Positions 22,713 to 37,030 of a stretch of 64,000 nt of DNA are shown in pieces. The notes under the pieces are model-generated. The model did no database searches, was not told where the DNA came from, and was given only the letters and a program-made list of their open reading frames with translations. The stretch comes from Octopus vulgaris (lineage: Eukaryota): assembly GCA_951406725.2 (NCBI GenBank), contig OX597817.1:120156001-120220000 (forward strand), in the 5' to 3' direction. The position numbers and the translations under genes were made by a program. Within the stretch, counting starts at the first letter, position 1. The number at the start of each line of letters is the position of its first letter.

Positions 22713-25700
22713 AAGCGACAGAGAAAAGATATTACGCAGGGTAGACAGGCTGATAGACAGATAGGTACACACATGAATGTCTGCCTATTGATATAACTAC
22801 ATACATCTTTCTGTCTACGTTTGACAGTTTTTCAACATTTCTATGAATTAGTGTATATATCTGTCTCTGTTTCTGTCTATATATATGCATTTACTTTGTG
22901 TTGGGTAGAATTGAAAATTAGCTGTTGGTGTCAGTTGGTTCAAATTCTTTTGACACAATTCTAGGACATTAAGCAATACCGATTTACTCAGGTTCCAAAA
23001 TAAGAAAGTTATATAACTCACACACACACATGCACGCACGCACACATACACTGACTAAATCTTCTTGTGCTATATTAGAGCTAGATCTCATTCATGTCAG
23101 ACATATCTTTTGAATTTCCTGAATTTTATATCTAGAATGATGGGAAATATGATTCAAGCACCAACATCTTCCGTGACAAGAATATTATATATGTATGCAC
23201 ATATGTATATATACACGTGTGTGTGTGTGTGTGTCTGTGTGCATGTATTCGAGAAATGGAAACCTCTTCAAGTCAAGTCTTCACATAAAGAATTTCAGAA
23301 TGTGGACGATATCCTTTTTTATACACAAATTTACAGTTGCTGATTACCCACAAAAGGTAAGATGAAACTGATTTTTGGTACAGAATATGTTTGTGTTTTG
23401 TCATTAAGGAAATATTTAATCTCTACTTAGCTCTATCATATCTGTGGCATAAGTTTTTCTTCTTTTTAATACATTTCTATTTTACCTCCCCAAGTATTGC
23501 TGATGGTAGTGACATTTCCTAACTTAACTTGTCACCTACTACTGATGTTGATAGCAATATCAGTAATAAATCTCTACATTCCATCTTCAATGCATCTAAT
23601 AAAAATCCCATGATATTAAAGGCATCTATCTCATTAACCTTTCAGTAACAGATTCTATATTGTCTTATGTAGATAAGAAAATAGCAAGGATATTTTTGAC
23701 TAATTAATAAGAATCTAAAGAAACTTAGTTTCAAGTGCAATACAACAGGATACAATATGACAAGAGACCAGAAGCTTGGCATTATTGATATAAACAAACT
23801 GCAGAAGTTGGTAAAATGTATTAAAAATAAAGAAATCTTTCCCTAAAGTTACATTTAGTGCAGAACAGCTCTGTATGGTTTGCCAAGCTGTACTTAGTTA
23901 TTCTGCACTAAATATCCAGTCTATGTAACTGCATATCAATAGCAAAAGAGAAGTAACACCACAGGAACACACACACAAAAAAATCACCAGTTTCCTTAAT
24001 GCCCATGTGTGTTATGTATAGAATTCTCCAACCAAGAACTTATCCTGGAAATAACTCCCAATCTACCAACAATTGTACACCATACAAATTCCAGTGAGCC
24101 AAATTAAAACTTTGAGCACTGATTTCATACGTAATTTCCACCAGCATAAAAAAATGATCTTGCAAAATCATATATTAAAATTTGACAGCAAACAATATAG
24201 AGGAGAAGGGTTGCTGCAACCAGTTACAGTGCTGCCGAGTGCAACAGTAGCCTGTACAAGAGAAAATGTATGCAAAAATGTCAATGTAATTATTTAAGCA
24301 AAGAAATCCAGGATATTGAGTAAATTGTATAGTGGGAAAATGAGAAGTAATTTCAAATAATGTGATAATAAAACAAACAATGAATATCTCATGGATGCAA
24401 TTCTATTTTGAGAAATTTTAGGTAGTATCCAACAAAGTATAAGCATCATATAATTTTATCCTTGGTTTTTGATAAACACATCCCGTTTTGTTCAAAAAAT
24501 TAATATGCCCTAAATGTTCTTAAATTAAGTGATGTATATTTTTGTAGTAATATTAATACTATCATTAACTGCATTAGGCTAATTTACAATTTTCCTTTTT
24601 AAATGTAATTCATAAATTGTCTTTCGTTTCATACCCAATTTCCATTGGAAGCGATAAATTGAATAGATGTAACACTTAATCTCCTGTATACACTTGTCTT
24701 CAAATTAACAAATACTACTGTATATACATATACATACATACATACATACATATATATGTATATGTATATATATTTATATATATATATATGTATACACACA
24801 CACGGGTATGTGTTTTGTGTCATATGTGTGGTACTGAATGCAGCACATCATGACAGATTTAATCTAAGGTATAATATAAAAAAGTGCTCAACAAATATTC
24901 CCCACACCTATGCACATTAGTTAATTGAAATTCTTTTTACCATAAATCAATTTTCATTTAGAAATTTTAATCATATATTAACTACTTCCTTCACATATAC
25001 TGAAGCATGCATATTCACAAACCTAAACTCATATTCGATACACAATATTAATTTGCTTCAGGTGATCACCTAACTAGTCAGTGAGACTGATTTTAAAGAT
25101 TATTTCCTTTGTAAGTTTAGAGATTTTAGTCATCCAGAATAACTTACTTCCCCTCAATGGATTGTTTTATATTATTAAAGATAAAATAGTGTAACATGGC
25201 CGGAAATAATCAATTTTAAAATTAATCTGAAACCGGAAATACAGCTTATCAATTTCTGCAATGATATTCAGCAATGAAAATTCAAAACATCTTTGTTTTT
25301 CAACTGTTAACAAAACCAAAGCAAAGAAAATAGTGTATGAATTTGAATATGTTTTTATAAAGGATAATGGAAGCGTGTAACCCAGTATAAATATAACTAT
25401 AAAGTAAAAACCTCTAAAGATTCTAAAACTGTTGATATATGTATGTTCATGTCGGTATGTGGATATGTATATATAAATAAGTTCATTTTTATTGGATATA
25501 TGAGTATACATATATCACTGAATACATATATCTAACAGAAGTTTATTCAATTCATGTTTAGGCACTTTGAACACTCACAAGTCCATTGATGACAATTTTA
25601 GAGAATAACTTCAAATAGATTATTAAAGATTATTACTCCTGAGTCTGTGTTTTCACCTCAGAATAACATCCTTTTTGCCAGCTTTATAATATTTCACTTC

Positions 25701-25922
25701 AAATTCCACCATTTCAAGTATCTTTCCTTTGTTGCATATTTTCATACATACATACACAAACAATAATATATTCAAACCAAATCAATATGCTTAATACACA
25801 AATGTGCATCCAGTGGTATTCCTTTAAGAAAGAACAATTAAATTCAAGCTGAATGGTTTTCAAATTGTTAACTTTTGTTACTCACATCAAATGATTATTA
25901 AACTATTTCAGACTAAAATCAC

Positions 25923-25954
<32 letters not shown>

Positions 25955-27904
25955 GCTTAAATATCATTAGAAACATTTCAATTCATCATAAAGCATCAAA
26001 GCTTAAATATATTTTACCATCTTGCACGTGGTAAATCCTGCAAGACCTTGAATAGCAATGAGTACCACAAATGATTGCTTTTATGCATGGTATCTAAAGT
26101 AAATAAAAGGAGGCTGCACATCGCCAATGTAAGAAAGTTGAACTCAGTGATGCAAACTAACTGATGCATACTTTAGTGGTCTCCTCCTATCTGATAATTC
26201 TATAGCTAATAGACTGATTTATTTCAAAGCAAAGGAAAACTTAATGTACCACTAACAGACATGAAGCAAAACACTCAACTCTTTGCTGACTGTACACTAT
26301 ATTAAGTACCTTAATCCATCAGTCAAATCTCTTCATTTCATAATATGTAAGCCAATTTACCCTAGGAAGCAGAAACATAAAATGAACTGTAAAATTATTA
26401 TATGCTCAAAAGTATAACTTGTAATTTTGATTGTCTGAAACCGACTCAAGTTAAGGACTCAATGTCAAATAAATTAGTTCATTGATCAACAAATGCAAAT
26501 TAAAAATATTTTTCCCTGCTGTTTTAATTAATCAAAGAATCTACTGTAGATGATGAACAGGTTATCATTTTCATGTCAACATTGACGACAATGATGACCA
26601 GAGCAAACTATAGAGGAGAGTATAATATAAAGAAAAATATTTCAGATTCTTAGTCTACAATTTACAACAAAAAAATATCATTTCATAACAGCATGGAATA
26701 CAACAAATAACCCCAATACTGAGAAATATAGAAAGAGATGGAAATTTGGGTAAATATCATTGCTCGACCTACGTTATGAAAACACAACTGTGCTTGAAGA
26801 ATATAGATGATTACATCCAAATTGATCATTTAGATAATGCAGTAAAACCTTCTCAATCAATTTGATAGAAAGAATTATAAATAATTGGCCAATAATTTTA
26901 GGCATAATTTTAGCATCAAAATTTGCCTTTTAAATTGAACACCATATGAATGATGTGGCTCATAGGCTTTTTGCAACTGAATAAAAATTACACTGAACAA
27001 ACTCTGCATTATATTTGATGGAATTTTGCTGTTCAATTAGATACTAATGCAAAATAATTTGTACAAAGACTTCTCAATTATGCTTTTAATGAGAAACTTA
27101 TTGTAATCATTGAGAATATAATTGTTTGTGAGGCACAGAAAATACCCAACATTTTTTTACTGTCTTCACTGCTAGATACGTTTAAGTGAACTTTTTCACG
27201 TGTCTGTTGCTCATAAATGAGAGCAAAATGAACTTTCTCATTTTAAGCCAAACATGTCTTGAAAAATCTAAAATTAACAATAGTCATTAAATGCTTTGTA
27301 AAAATCTAATTACTGCATTAGATTTATATGATCTGATATTATATAAATTTAAAAGCACAGACCCTTACTATAAACACCTGAAGTAATACAATAAAGGGCT
27401 TGAAACAAAGTATTTTTCATCTTTGCTTTTTTAATTAATCATCTCTTAGTAACAGAGGCAAATTTATTTGTGGGAAATGATTGATTAAAGAGCCAAATTA
27501 CTCCCAAGCTCAGTTGTCAGTTGTATTTTACAATTTTCACAAAAGCAAATTAGTTCCCATGATCTGCTTGAAAGAAAGAAGTTCTACCAGTCTTATATCA
27601 TATTCAAGTGGTTAGCAACAAGAAAGGTTTTCATGTGACTTAACATTCACAAAAAGTACACATACTAGTATCTAAACTAATAAAATCACTTATTAGAACT
27701 TCTTGTAATATGGCACAAAACTATATTTAACAAAGCCAGTATTAGAAAAAGTACTGGGATAATAGAAATAATATCAGTTACATCTGCTCAACTATATTAC
27801 ATAAAAAAGGACTGCAGAACATAAAAATGAATGTATTTGATTATCTTATCTCAGAAATACAACACATTCAGGTTACCATCTGACAAAAGTCAAATCTTTC
27901 TGTT

Positions 27905-28405
27905 ACTTGGAAAACTCCAGAGAAGTAGCCGTTAACAGCGACTGTAAGCTAAATGATCTTATCAAAAGGAAGTTGCTCTGAATGAATAGAATCCAGACTG
28001 AGAGCAGGGAGGAATAAGTTCAGGGAGCTATTACCTCTGTCAAAAAAGATTCTTTCTTCAAGTAAAGGCTAGATTGTATGATGTTTGTATATGAATTACA
28101 ATACAACATGCTACATGGTAGTGAAACTGGGCAGTGAATGCAGAGGATGAATAAAGTTTGGAAAGAAATGAAGCAAGCAGGTACCATTGGATGTGTGATA
28201 TTAATGTACATGAGCAAGAGATGTGGCAGAAATGAACCGGAGAGAAAAAACTGGGCCTGAGAGGAATCACATGTAGTGCATAAGAGACAACAGTGATATG
28301 CAATATACATGGATGATAACATCTAGATAAGAATGTGCCAGATGATCCATATGGAAGGAAAATGCCTGGAAGATTATCTCAAGGTGCTGAACCTCTCAAA
28401 GGAGG
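27905..28405 (+). mobile_element. RTE-clade LINE ORF2 3' remnant
   Basis: Fragments translate to NKFRELLPL, VKARLYDVC, MLHGSET, LERNEAS..WMC and REKKLGLRGITCS. Confidence 0.75.
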
Positions 28406-30215
28406 TTTTAAAATTCACACTCAAAACCATTATCACCATCATCATTTAATATCCATCTCTCATACTGGCATGGACAGGATGATTTAACAAGTGCTCTAGT
28501 GTCTTCTTTGTCATGGTTTTTATGGCTGGGTGCCCTACCTCATCTGTCTAATCCACGAAAATGATAGAAATAATGATTTGTTAATTGAATTATGAATTTT
28601 GTAATAATGGCTGGCCACCCACTTATTAACCACACCTTACCATATTCTATCTTGAAAATAGCTTATCTGTATAATAGTTATAAAGAACTAGATCTAGTTT
28701 GTTTAGACTTCAGTTAAATATGTTGGACTTTAAAGGAATAATTTCACATAGAATTAAAATTAATACTTTCAAATCCTGCTGATTGGATTTTTTAATCCCT
28801 GCTTAAGTTAAGTTAAATAAAATATTGTAATTAAGAGTACAATAAGGCTCACTCTAAACTCTACACAATTATAAAAGACAACATATTTTATGCATTGCAG
28901 TTATGGTGATAAGAATGTAGCCTAGGAGTCAAAGTAACTTCTTTAGATAACTAAACCATTTCAGAAAAATACATCAAGAATTGTATTGAATTATTTGTTC
29001 TCAGCAGATATGAAGAGATAAATGATTAGTGGATGACTTGCATGAATAGAAAAAGAAAGCCTACCACCAATCGGTAGAAGAGTCAGTTATAGAGTCAACC
29101 TAAGAGATGATAACTAAATTAGAAGAGAAACTGAAGATGAAGAAAATTCACCAGAATATTCACAGATATTTCCTTAGGTTCTAAATATTCTTGACATAAA
29201 TCGATGTCATACTATACATTTGCTTTGCAATCAAATGAAGGAATGTTAAACACATCATCAATGAAAGAATAAAAACGAAGCCACTAACAGTATGGAATGT
29301 GATTAATAACACACAGTTACCACATTTTATAGCCACAAAACATGAAGAGTTAAGTTCTACAACTAAAGTAACAAATGTATCTTAACATGTCCCTAGAAAT
29401 AGCATTGTAGTTAGACCTTTAAATAAACAAAAAACGATTGTCGAAGGCCCTTTTGCATTTCTCTGTATATGAAATGTGTTGTAAGAAATAATGTGTCCCA
29501 CATGTAATGATACAATGAACAATACAGACAAAAGTGACCTGCAGATACAAGAAAGAAACAAGTTAAAATGGATTCATTCAATCTGCAAATATGAGTGTGA
29601 AATAGATTGAGTATTAACAGGTTGAAGAATAATTAAGGCTGAACAACATTGTTTCAGGACTATAGCCGAAAGCAATAGGTACCTACTCTGGGATAGACAT
29701 GTAATGCAAATGAATTATAAGCAGTTAATAAGAGTGTCAGATATGGTGCCAGTGAGTATCTAGTGTGAATAATCTTACAAAAGTTTACTCTTTTACAACT
29801 ACATTATTATTTACAACTTCACTAATATTGCAGCTCAATAAAAAAAATCTTCTGAGAACAATCAGCTCAATTGAAAATTCGTTGTAACATTATAATTTAC
29901 CTTGATACTTATATTATTCTGTGTTAACAGCTATTAAAATAATATCCATATAATTATTAATATAACTTTGCTTATTGCACAAATAAAACTCTTTGTACAT
30001 GATATGTAATTATCACAGCAGCATCAACTGTAAAAGCAGGATTTTGTTTTGTTTCACATATGTGGCCAAAAAATAATCAAAAGTATGTTCAGTTCAAAAT
30101 GAGTTCAACATATTTTCTAATACAAATTGTGATATTTTATTATTATTTTTATTTTTTGTTGAGTTGTAGGTGATATATAATATGTTCTAAAATTCAAAGA
30201 TATGTACTGAATGCC

Positions 30216-30543
30216 ATCATCATCATCATCGTTTAACATCCGTTTTCCGTGCTGGCACGGTTTGGACGGTTCGACCAGGGTCTGGGAAGCCAGGAGGCTG
30301 CACCAGGCTCCAATCTGATCTGGCAGTGTTTCTACAGCTGAATGCCCTTCCTAATGCCAACCACTCCGTGAGTGTAGTGGGTGCTTTTTACGTGCCACCG
30401 GTACAGGTGCCAGGGGAGTCTGGCAGCGGCCACGATCGGTTGGTGCTTTTTACGTGCCACTGGCACGGAAGCCAGTCAAGGGGGTGCTGGCATCGACCAC
30501 ATTCAGATGGTGCTTTTTACGTGCCACCGGCACAGAAGCCAGT
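30216..30543 (-). mobile_element. SINE family B, young (CpG-rich) copy
   Basis: (CAT)n tail, family-B body, three GGTGCTTTTTACGTGCCAC units (30380, 30442, 30509). Confidence 0.88.
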
Positions 30544-30922
30544 GTATAAATAATTTATTTGTATTTAAGTGGTACTTTACCAACTCTTCTTGAACTAGTT
30601 TTCTGCTATTTACATACCATGAGAGTGCCTTCTAGGTTATATTTTTTTCTATGAGCAGCTTTGTATCAACAGGAGACTCTCCTTGTGTTGATCTAAGACT
30701 TGTGAGTAAATTTCAGTCAGCAGAAATTATGCAGAATCTTATCAGATGGGTTCTAACTGTAATTCAAAGCTCCACTTGTCTGTGCAATATTCAGCCACTT
30801 TGTATGCTAAATCAATGATGTTCAACTGATTAAATAACAGGAACCTAATATGTCAACATTTTATCTCAGAGTACATCGTCATCATTATGCATACATATAC
30901 ATAGGTTTATATATATATATAT

Positions 30923-31340
30923 ATCAAAATAAGCAACAACGATAACCAGAGGTAATTCAGTATGATTGTTTCATGCAACTCCATTTAATTGAACAATGCA
31001 ATCATTACGTCAAATTTAAAAAAACTGACCCCCCCCCCAAGACAAAAAATCAATGACAGGCAGAGTCTGTAACAATGTATATCTTCTTGATACCTTAGTA
31101 GCTTCTATGCTGGAGTGAAGGCAGCATGTTTTTGTCTATCTCCTTAACTTCTTGGAGATTTTAGGTATAATTATACTAATGTGTACATCTGTTTTAATTT
31201 AATTAAATTATATGTATTTGTGCAGATGAGGATTGCTCTGAATTTCAAACTGATGTAATGACTGCATTGTTCAATTAAATAGAGCTGCATGAAACAATCA
31301 TACTGCATTACCTCTGGATATCCTTGTTGCTTATTTTGAT
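30923..31340. repeat. Imperfect 90-bp inverted repeat (30923-31012 / 31251-31340) flanked by (TA)n; probable mobile element relic
   Basis: atcaaaataagcaacaa.gata.ccagaggtaat.cagtatgattgtttcatgca.. matches the reverse complement of 31251-31340 at roughly 90% by eye. Confidence 0.85.
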
Positions 31341-31456
31341 CTTATTCAGCTTACTTTGAAATTGTATGCATAATACCATACTAAATTCTGGTGCTCAACT
31401 GAAGTACCATATTCATCTGAATCTAAATTTTGCTGAACTCATCTACTATACCCAAA

Positions 31457-31505
<49 letters not shown>

Positions 31506-31652
31506 TAGGCTTATATATACATATATATACACAGGTTTATATATAATATATATATATATTAATATTCAATTTTTCACCCTTATTATTTTAAATATAAACC
31601 TATGTATATATATGTATATATATAAACCCATTTATATATATACACACAGGTT

Positions 31653-31684
<32 letters not shown>

Positions 31685-33719
31685 GGGGGAATTCACAAAA
31701 AATATATATATACATAGGTCTGTGTGTGTGTGTAGTATTTTGCTATTATGACATGAAGCAAAAATATGAATTATAATTACACCTCTGACAGGGTAAAATA
31801 ATCAAAAGCTTAATGACTAATTTTGTTCTAAAATCTGAAATAATTAAATAATTTTAAAGAAATAGATGACAATTCCAAACAAGTTTCAATCTTATTATAA
31901 TAAAAACACCTCAGCAAAGCATAGTCTTAACAGTACTTGCCAGATTTTAGAACAGTAGGATATAAAGGTTTTGAGTAAAGAACATCGACAAGTGTAACAA
32001 TTTAATAGAATCACTGATAGTAAATTATGAAGGATCATCTGCATGAAAAACATTTATCTAAGTGAGAAGTAAACAATGTAGAGAACAAAACACTCAAATT
32101 CATACTGAGTAAGTACCATCATTACTGATAATTGTTTTACTAGCCATAGAAAAATGCAAGACCACGTCTTGTAGGATTTCCACTCAAAATTTGAGGAAGA
32201 TGAAGCTAAATACTGCATTATTCCAATATTGGCCAAATTACCTAACCTAACAATAATGATTCCAGTCATATTTTTACATCATGCATATTGAATTCAAACT
32301 TGACAATAAATGTAAATTAAGACTAAAAGAACATATAACCATTACCTCTAATATTTTGCTCCATTTCTAACAAGCATTTTTCTATTTGTTGTCAACAAAA
32401 TCTCTTTAACGTGAAATAAAATTTAAACATAAAAAAAAGGAATTTTGCTTGAATTCATTTTTATTCATGTTTTTGTTTTTAATAAAATACAAGTAGCAGT
32501 GTGGCATTTTCCATATTTGTAATTTTTGGCACCTTTCAAGGAATTTATATTTGATAATTTTGTGAATTTTCTTTTTATGATTAAACTAATTTTCTTTAGT
32601 TGTCTATTTTGGCAATGCCTCGACATTTTATTAAGGGAATAAATAATGCTTTCAGTTTACATTGATTTCTATCTTCTCTATTATTTCTTTCTTTATTTCC
32701 TCTTCCTTAATTCTTTCTTACTGAGCAGCATGAAACTAACTAACTTCTACAGACTTTTGGAAAGGTTTATAACAAAATGAAGACATTCAATATAAAGAAA
32801 GTGAAATCTATAAAACAAAAAGCAAATCTATTTTCTATGCTTTGAACCTATACTTTTAGTCATGGTTGACCAAGTAGTTAAAACTCTCATTCACATAAAA
32901 CTATAACCTCAAAGAAAGGCACACAAGAGAAAAATCTGATTCGAGGCAATTTCCAAGGTGGAGTTAACAAACCAGATGCTTATATACATGCTCTACAGAA
33001 CACAACTATCCAGTCAATATTCACTACCCTTTTTGACGAAACACACACACAAACACTTACACAAATGAATTATATGCATACATATAATTTACAATCGTTC
33101 ACACATAAACATGTGCACACATATGCATATATATGCATCCATAAACACATATGTCTAAATAGAATGTACACATATAAAAAATGCAATACTTTGTTGAATA
33201 AAAATGATGTGAAAAATATGCAGAGACGTATATTCTTACAGTTTCACAAAGTGTGTGTGTATGAACATAAGTATAGATATATGTTTATGTGTGAATGTGT
33301 GTGTGTGTGTTTACAAAACGAAAAGAATTTGCATTGTTCAAGATATTGGTCAGGTGGTATGAGTTTCTTTTACAGCACATATTACGTTCAAAGCATAACA
33401 TTATGAAAGTAGACTAGATAATGTTTTACAATACACATTTTTCATATTTGGCTAACATCTTGTGATATTATGTCAGCTTCAATTTATATACAAGTATATT
33501 GATTGATCTATGTATAAAATAAAACTTTTAACATTATTATTGCAGTTTTGCATTATTTTTAAGCTAAGCTAAGAGTGCTAATATTTTAAATGTGTACTTG
33601 TCTGCACAAATAAATATATATAAATTTATATATATGCCCAAACTCACACACACACATTCACACACACTTAAAAAAAATATAACCATAGACATATACAAGC
33701 AGATATCTATGCATGCACA

Positions 33720-33739
33720 CATATATCTATATATGTGTG

Positions 33740-33788
<49 letters not shown>

Positions 33789-33955
33789 GTACATATATAG
33801 ATATATATCTGTACATATATAGATATATATCTGTACATATATATATATATATATATCTGTACATATATATATATATATATATCTGTACATATATATATCT
33901 GTACACATACATATATATATATATCCGTACATACATACATACATATATATATACA

Positions 33956-34008
<53 letters not shown>

Positions 34009-34011
34009 CTG

Positions 34012-34052
<41 letters not shown>

Positions 34053-35039
34053 CTGTACATACATATATAGGCGCAGGAGTGGCTGTGTGGTAAGTAGCTT
34101 GCTAACCAACCACACGGTTGCGGGTTCAGTCCCACTGCGTGGCATTTTGGGCAAGTGTCTTCTGCTATAGCTCCGGGCCGACCAATGCCTTGTGAGTGGA
34201 TTTGGTAGACGGAAACTGAAAGAAGCCTGTTGTATATATGTATATATATGTATATGTGTGTTTGTGTGTCTGTGTTTGTCCCCCTAGCATTGCTTGACAA
34301 CCGATGCTGGTGTGTTTATGTCCCCGTCACTTAGCGGTTCGGCAAAAAGAGACCGATAGAATAAGTACTAAAAGGTCGTGCTCCAGCATGGCCGCAGTCA
34401 AATGACTGAAACAAGTAAAAGAGTAAAAGAGTAAAGAGTATATATATATATATATACATACATACATACATATATATATATACATACATACATACATACA
34501 TATATATATATACATACATACATACATACATATATATGCATACATACATACATACATACATATATATATATGCATACATACAAATACATACATACATATA
34601 TATATATGCATACATACATACATACATACATATATATATATACATACATACATACATATATATATATATATATCTGTATATACATATATATATATATACA
34701 TACATACATACATATATATATATATCTGTACATACATATATATATATATCTGTACATACATACATACATATATATATATATCTGTACATACATATATATA
34801 TATACATACATACATATATATATACATACATACATACATATATATATATATCTGTACATACATATATATATACATACATACATACATATATATATATATC
34901 TGTACATACATATATATATACATACATACATATATATATATATACATACATATATATATATATACATACATATATATATATACATACATATATATATATA
35001 TACATACATATATATATATATACATACATATATATATAT

Positions 35040-35091
<52 letters not shown>

Positions 35092-35252
35092 GTACATACA
35101 TATATATCTGTACATACATATATATATATATATATATACATACATACCTACATACATATATATATATATATCTGTACATACATATATATATATATATATA
35201 TACATACATACATACATACATACATACATACATACATACATACATACATACA

Positions 35253-35284
<32 letters not shown>

Positions 35285-35300
35285 AGTATACATACATACA
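33720..35300. repeat. Large compound microsatellite (TA)n/(TACA)n/TCTGTACA interrupted by a SINE
   Basis: Visible tandem structure; explains all long Y/I/M/C/V ORFs at 33.5-35.4 kb. Confidence 0.95.
34070..34440 (+). mobile_element. tRNA-derived SINE family C, young copy
   Basis: A-box-like TGGCTGTGTGG (34080-34090), B-box-like GGTTCAGTCCC (about 34123-34133), (GTAAAAGA)n tail; homologous to 57630-58323. Confidence 0.88.
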
Positions 35301-35315
35301 GATATTTGTTTGGTG

Positions 35316-35540
35316 GGGTGTATGGCTTAGTGGTTATGGTGTTGCACTCATGATCTTAAGATTGTAATTTTGATTTCTGGACTGGGAAATGTGCAGTGTT
35401 CTTGTGTAAATCACTTCAGTTCATATTGTTTCAGTTAACTCAGTTGCCAAAAATGAGTAACCTTGCAACAGACCAGTGTCCCCTCCAAGGAGGAGTATAT
35501 AAGCCACAGAACCTGGAAAACTGACCACATGAGCTTGTGG
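35316..35540 (+). mobile_element. tRNA-derived SINE family D
   Basis: tggcttagtggtta.ggtgttgcactcatgatc head, shared with 56619-56850. Confidence 0.7.
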
Positions 35541-36365
35541 CACACACAAATAGGTATGTGTGTGTGTGTAAATATGTATGTAGATATTTGCAATATATTT
35601 ATACACACACATGCAAACACACACAGATATATGCATGAATGTATATATGTATGGGTACACACACATATAGATACACATGGAGTCATACATTCACAAACAC
35701 ATGTCTAAATAGGATGTATTCTCGCAAAAACTATAAACACAGAAGCAAGCAATTCACATCAGGTGCACACTCCAGTTTGATCAAATCAAGAATTTTATCT
35801 GTATGTTAATCTGAAATAATATATCTGTGGATGGCATGAAAGTCATAAATGTTGAAATAATGACATTTTAACCAATAATATTTATGAACCTTATGTAGAT
35901 TTAGAATATATTTTGGCAACTAGTTGACATTTTCTTGTGTATCTTAAGCACAGAAGCACACTCTAATGAAAGCTATACATGAATATAGAGAGCTGTAGAT
36001 TAATTTTAATTTCTTTTTTCAGTGATTAATTTAAAGTAGAACCCTTACATAATTTTCATTTAATGTTTAAATCTTCTTTTGCTTCATCAATGATCATCAC
36101 TGCCATTTTAAAATGTGTATTAATAATTATGATGATGATTATGATTAATAAAATTTGAAAATATTTTTGAAAATAAGTTAAACATGAAATAAAATTTATA
36201 AAAGATGTTATATCAAAAATTAATTACTGATGTCTAAATTCAGTATCATGTATAAAATTAATTAATTTGCTGTATGGAGGCTAATACAATTCTATTTATC
36301 GTTAAGCTTATAATTTTATTTGCTAAATTACTAAGATCTGTAAGTTATATATGCTAAATCTTTCA

Positions 36366-36560
36366 CTTTTTTTTGTTCAGTCATTGGACAGTGGCCATGC
36401 TGGGACACCACTTTGAAAGGTCTAATTAAACAAATTGACCCCAGTACATATTTTTCTTCAAAATCTTGTAGTTATTCTATCAGTCTCTTTTTACCAAACC
36501 ACTAAGTTACAAGGTACATAAACAAGTGGTAGTGGAGAACAAACACAATCACACACACAC
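36366..36560 (-). mobile_element. SINE family C 3' fragment, diverged
   Basis: cagtcattggacagtggccatgctgggacacc.. resembles the reverse complement of the family C tail. Confidence 0.55.
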
Positions 36561-36836
36561 ACAGATTAAATCTAAAATCTTAAAAAATATGAAACATGAA
36601 TAAATTCAAACAAAATTTACACGTAATTTGAAGAAAAACTTGTCAGTCTTAAAATAGTGCTCAAAATGACAATCCACTATAGCAAAGCTAATAAAGCATA
36701 TGCATATAGTTTAATACCAACATGAAAATTTTGGAATTAGAAATACATAATTACAAATTTTGAGAAGATAACCAACAGGAAAAGAAACAATGAAAATTAA
36801 AAATGAAAATAATGCATATTGGAAAATATATACTGG

Positions 36837-37030
36837 TTTCAAATTTTGGCACAAAGCCAGCAATTTCTGGGAGAGCTAAGTCCATCACATTGATCCCAGT
36901 GCTTAAATGGTACTTATTTTATCAATTCCAAAAAGGATGACAGAGACAAAGTCAACCTTGGTGAAATTTGAACTTAGAATGTAAAGGTGGACAAAATGCC
37001 ACTAAGCATTTTGACTGATGTGCTAATGAT
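36837..37030 (-). mobile_element. SINE family A
   Basis: tttcaaattttggcacaaagccagcaa..ggtacttattttatc..aaagtcaacctt, as at 10308. Confidence 0.82.

Noticed and set aside
23336-23362. Plus-strand 20-nt micro-exon candidate (tttacag|..aaaag|gtaaga)
   Set aside because: Isolated, with no partner exons; such matches are expected by chance in 64 kb of AT-rich DNA.
30380-30543. CRISPR-like repeat/spacer appearance (also 45945-46200)
   Set aside because: The apparent spacers are homologous to each other, units lie inside a SINE, the context is eukaryotic and there are no cas genes.
34070-34145. tRNA gene
   Set aside because: A/B boxes are present but continue into a multi-copy SINE body; no complete cloverleaf.
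33564-35367. Long ORFs of 100-320 aa rich in Y/I/M/C/V/H/T
   Set aside because: Stop-free translations of (TA)n/(TACA)n microsatellite.
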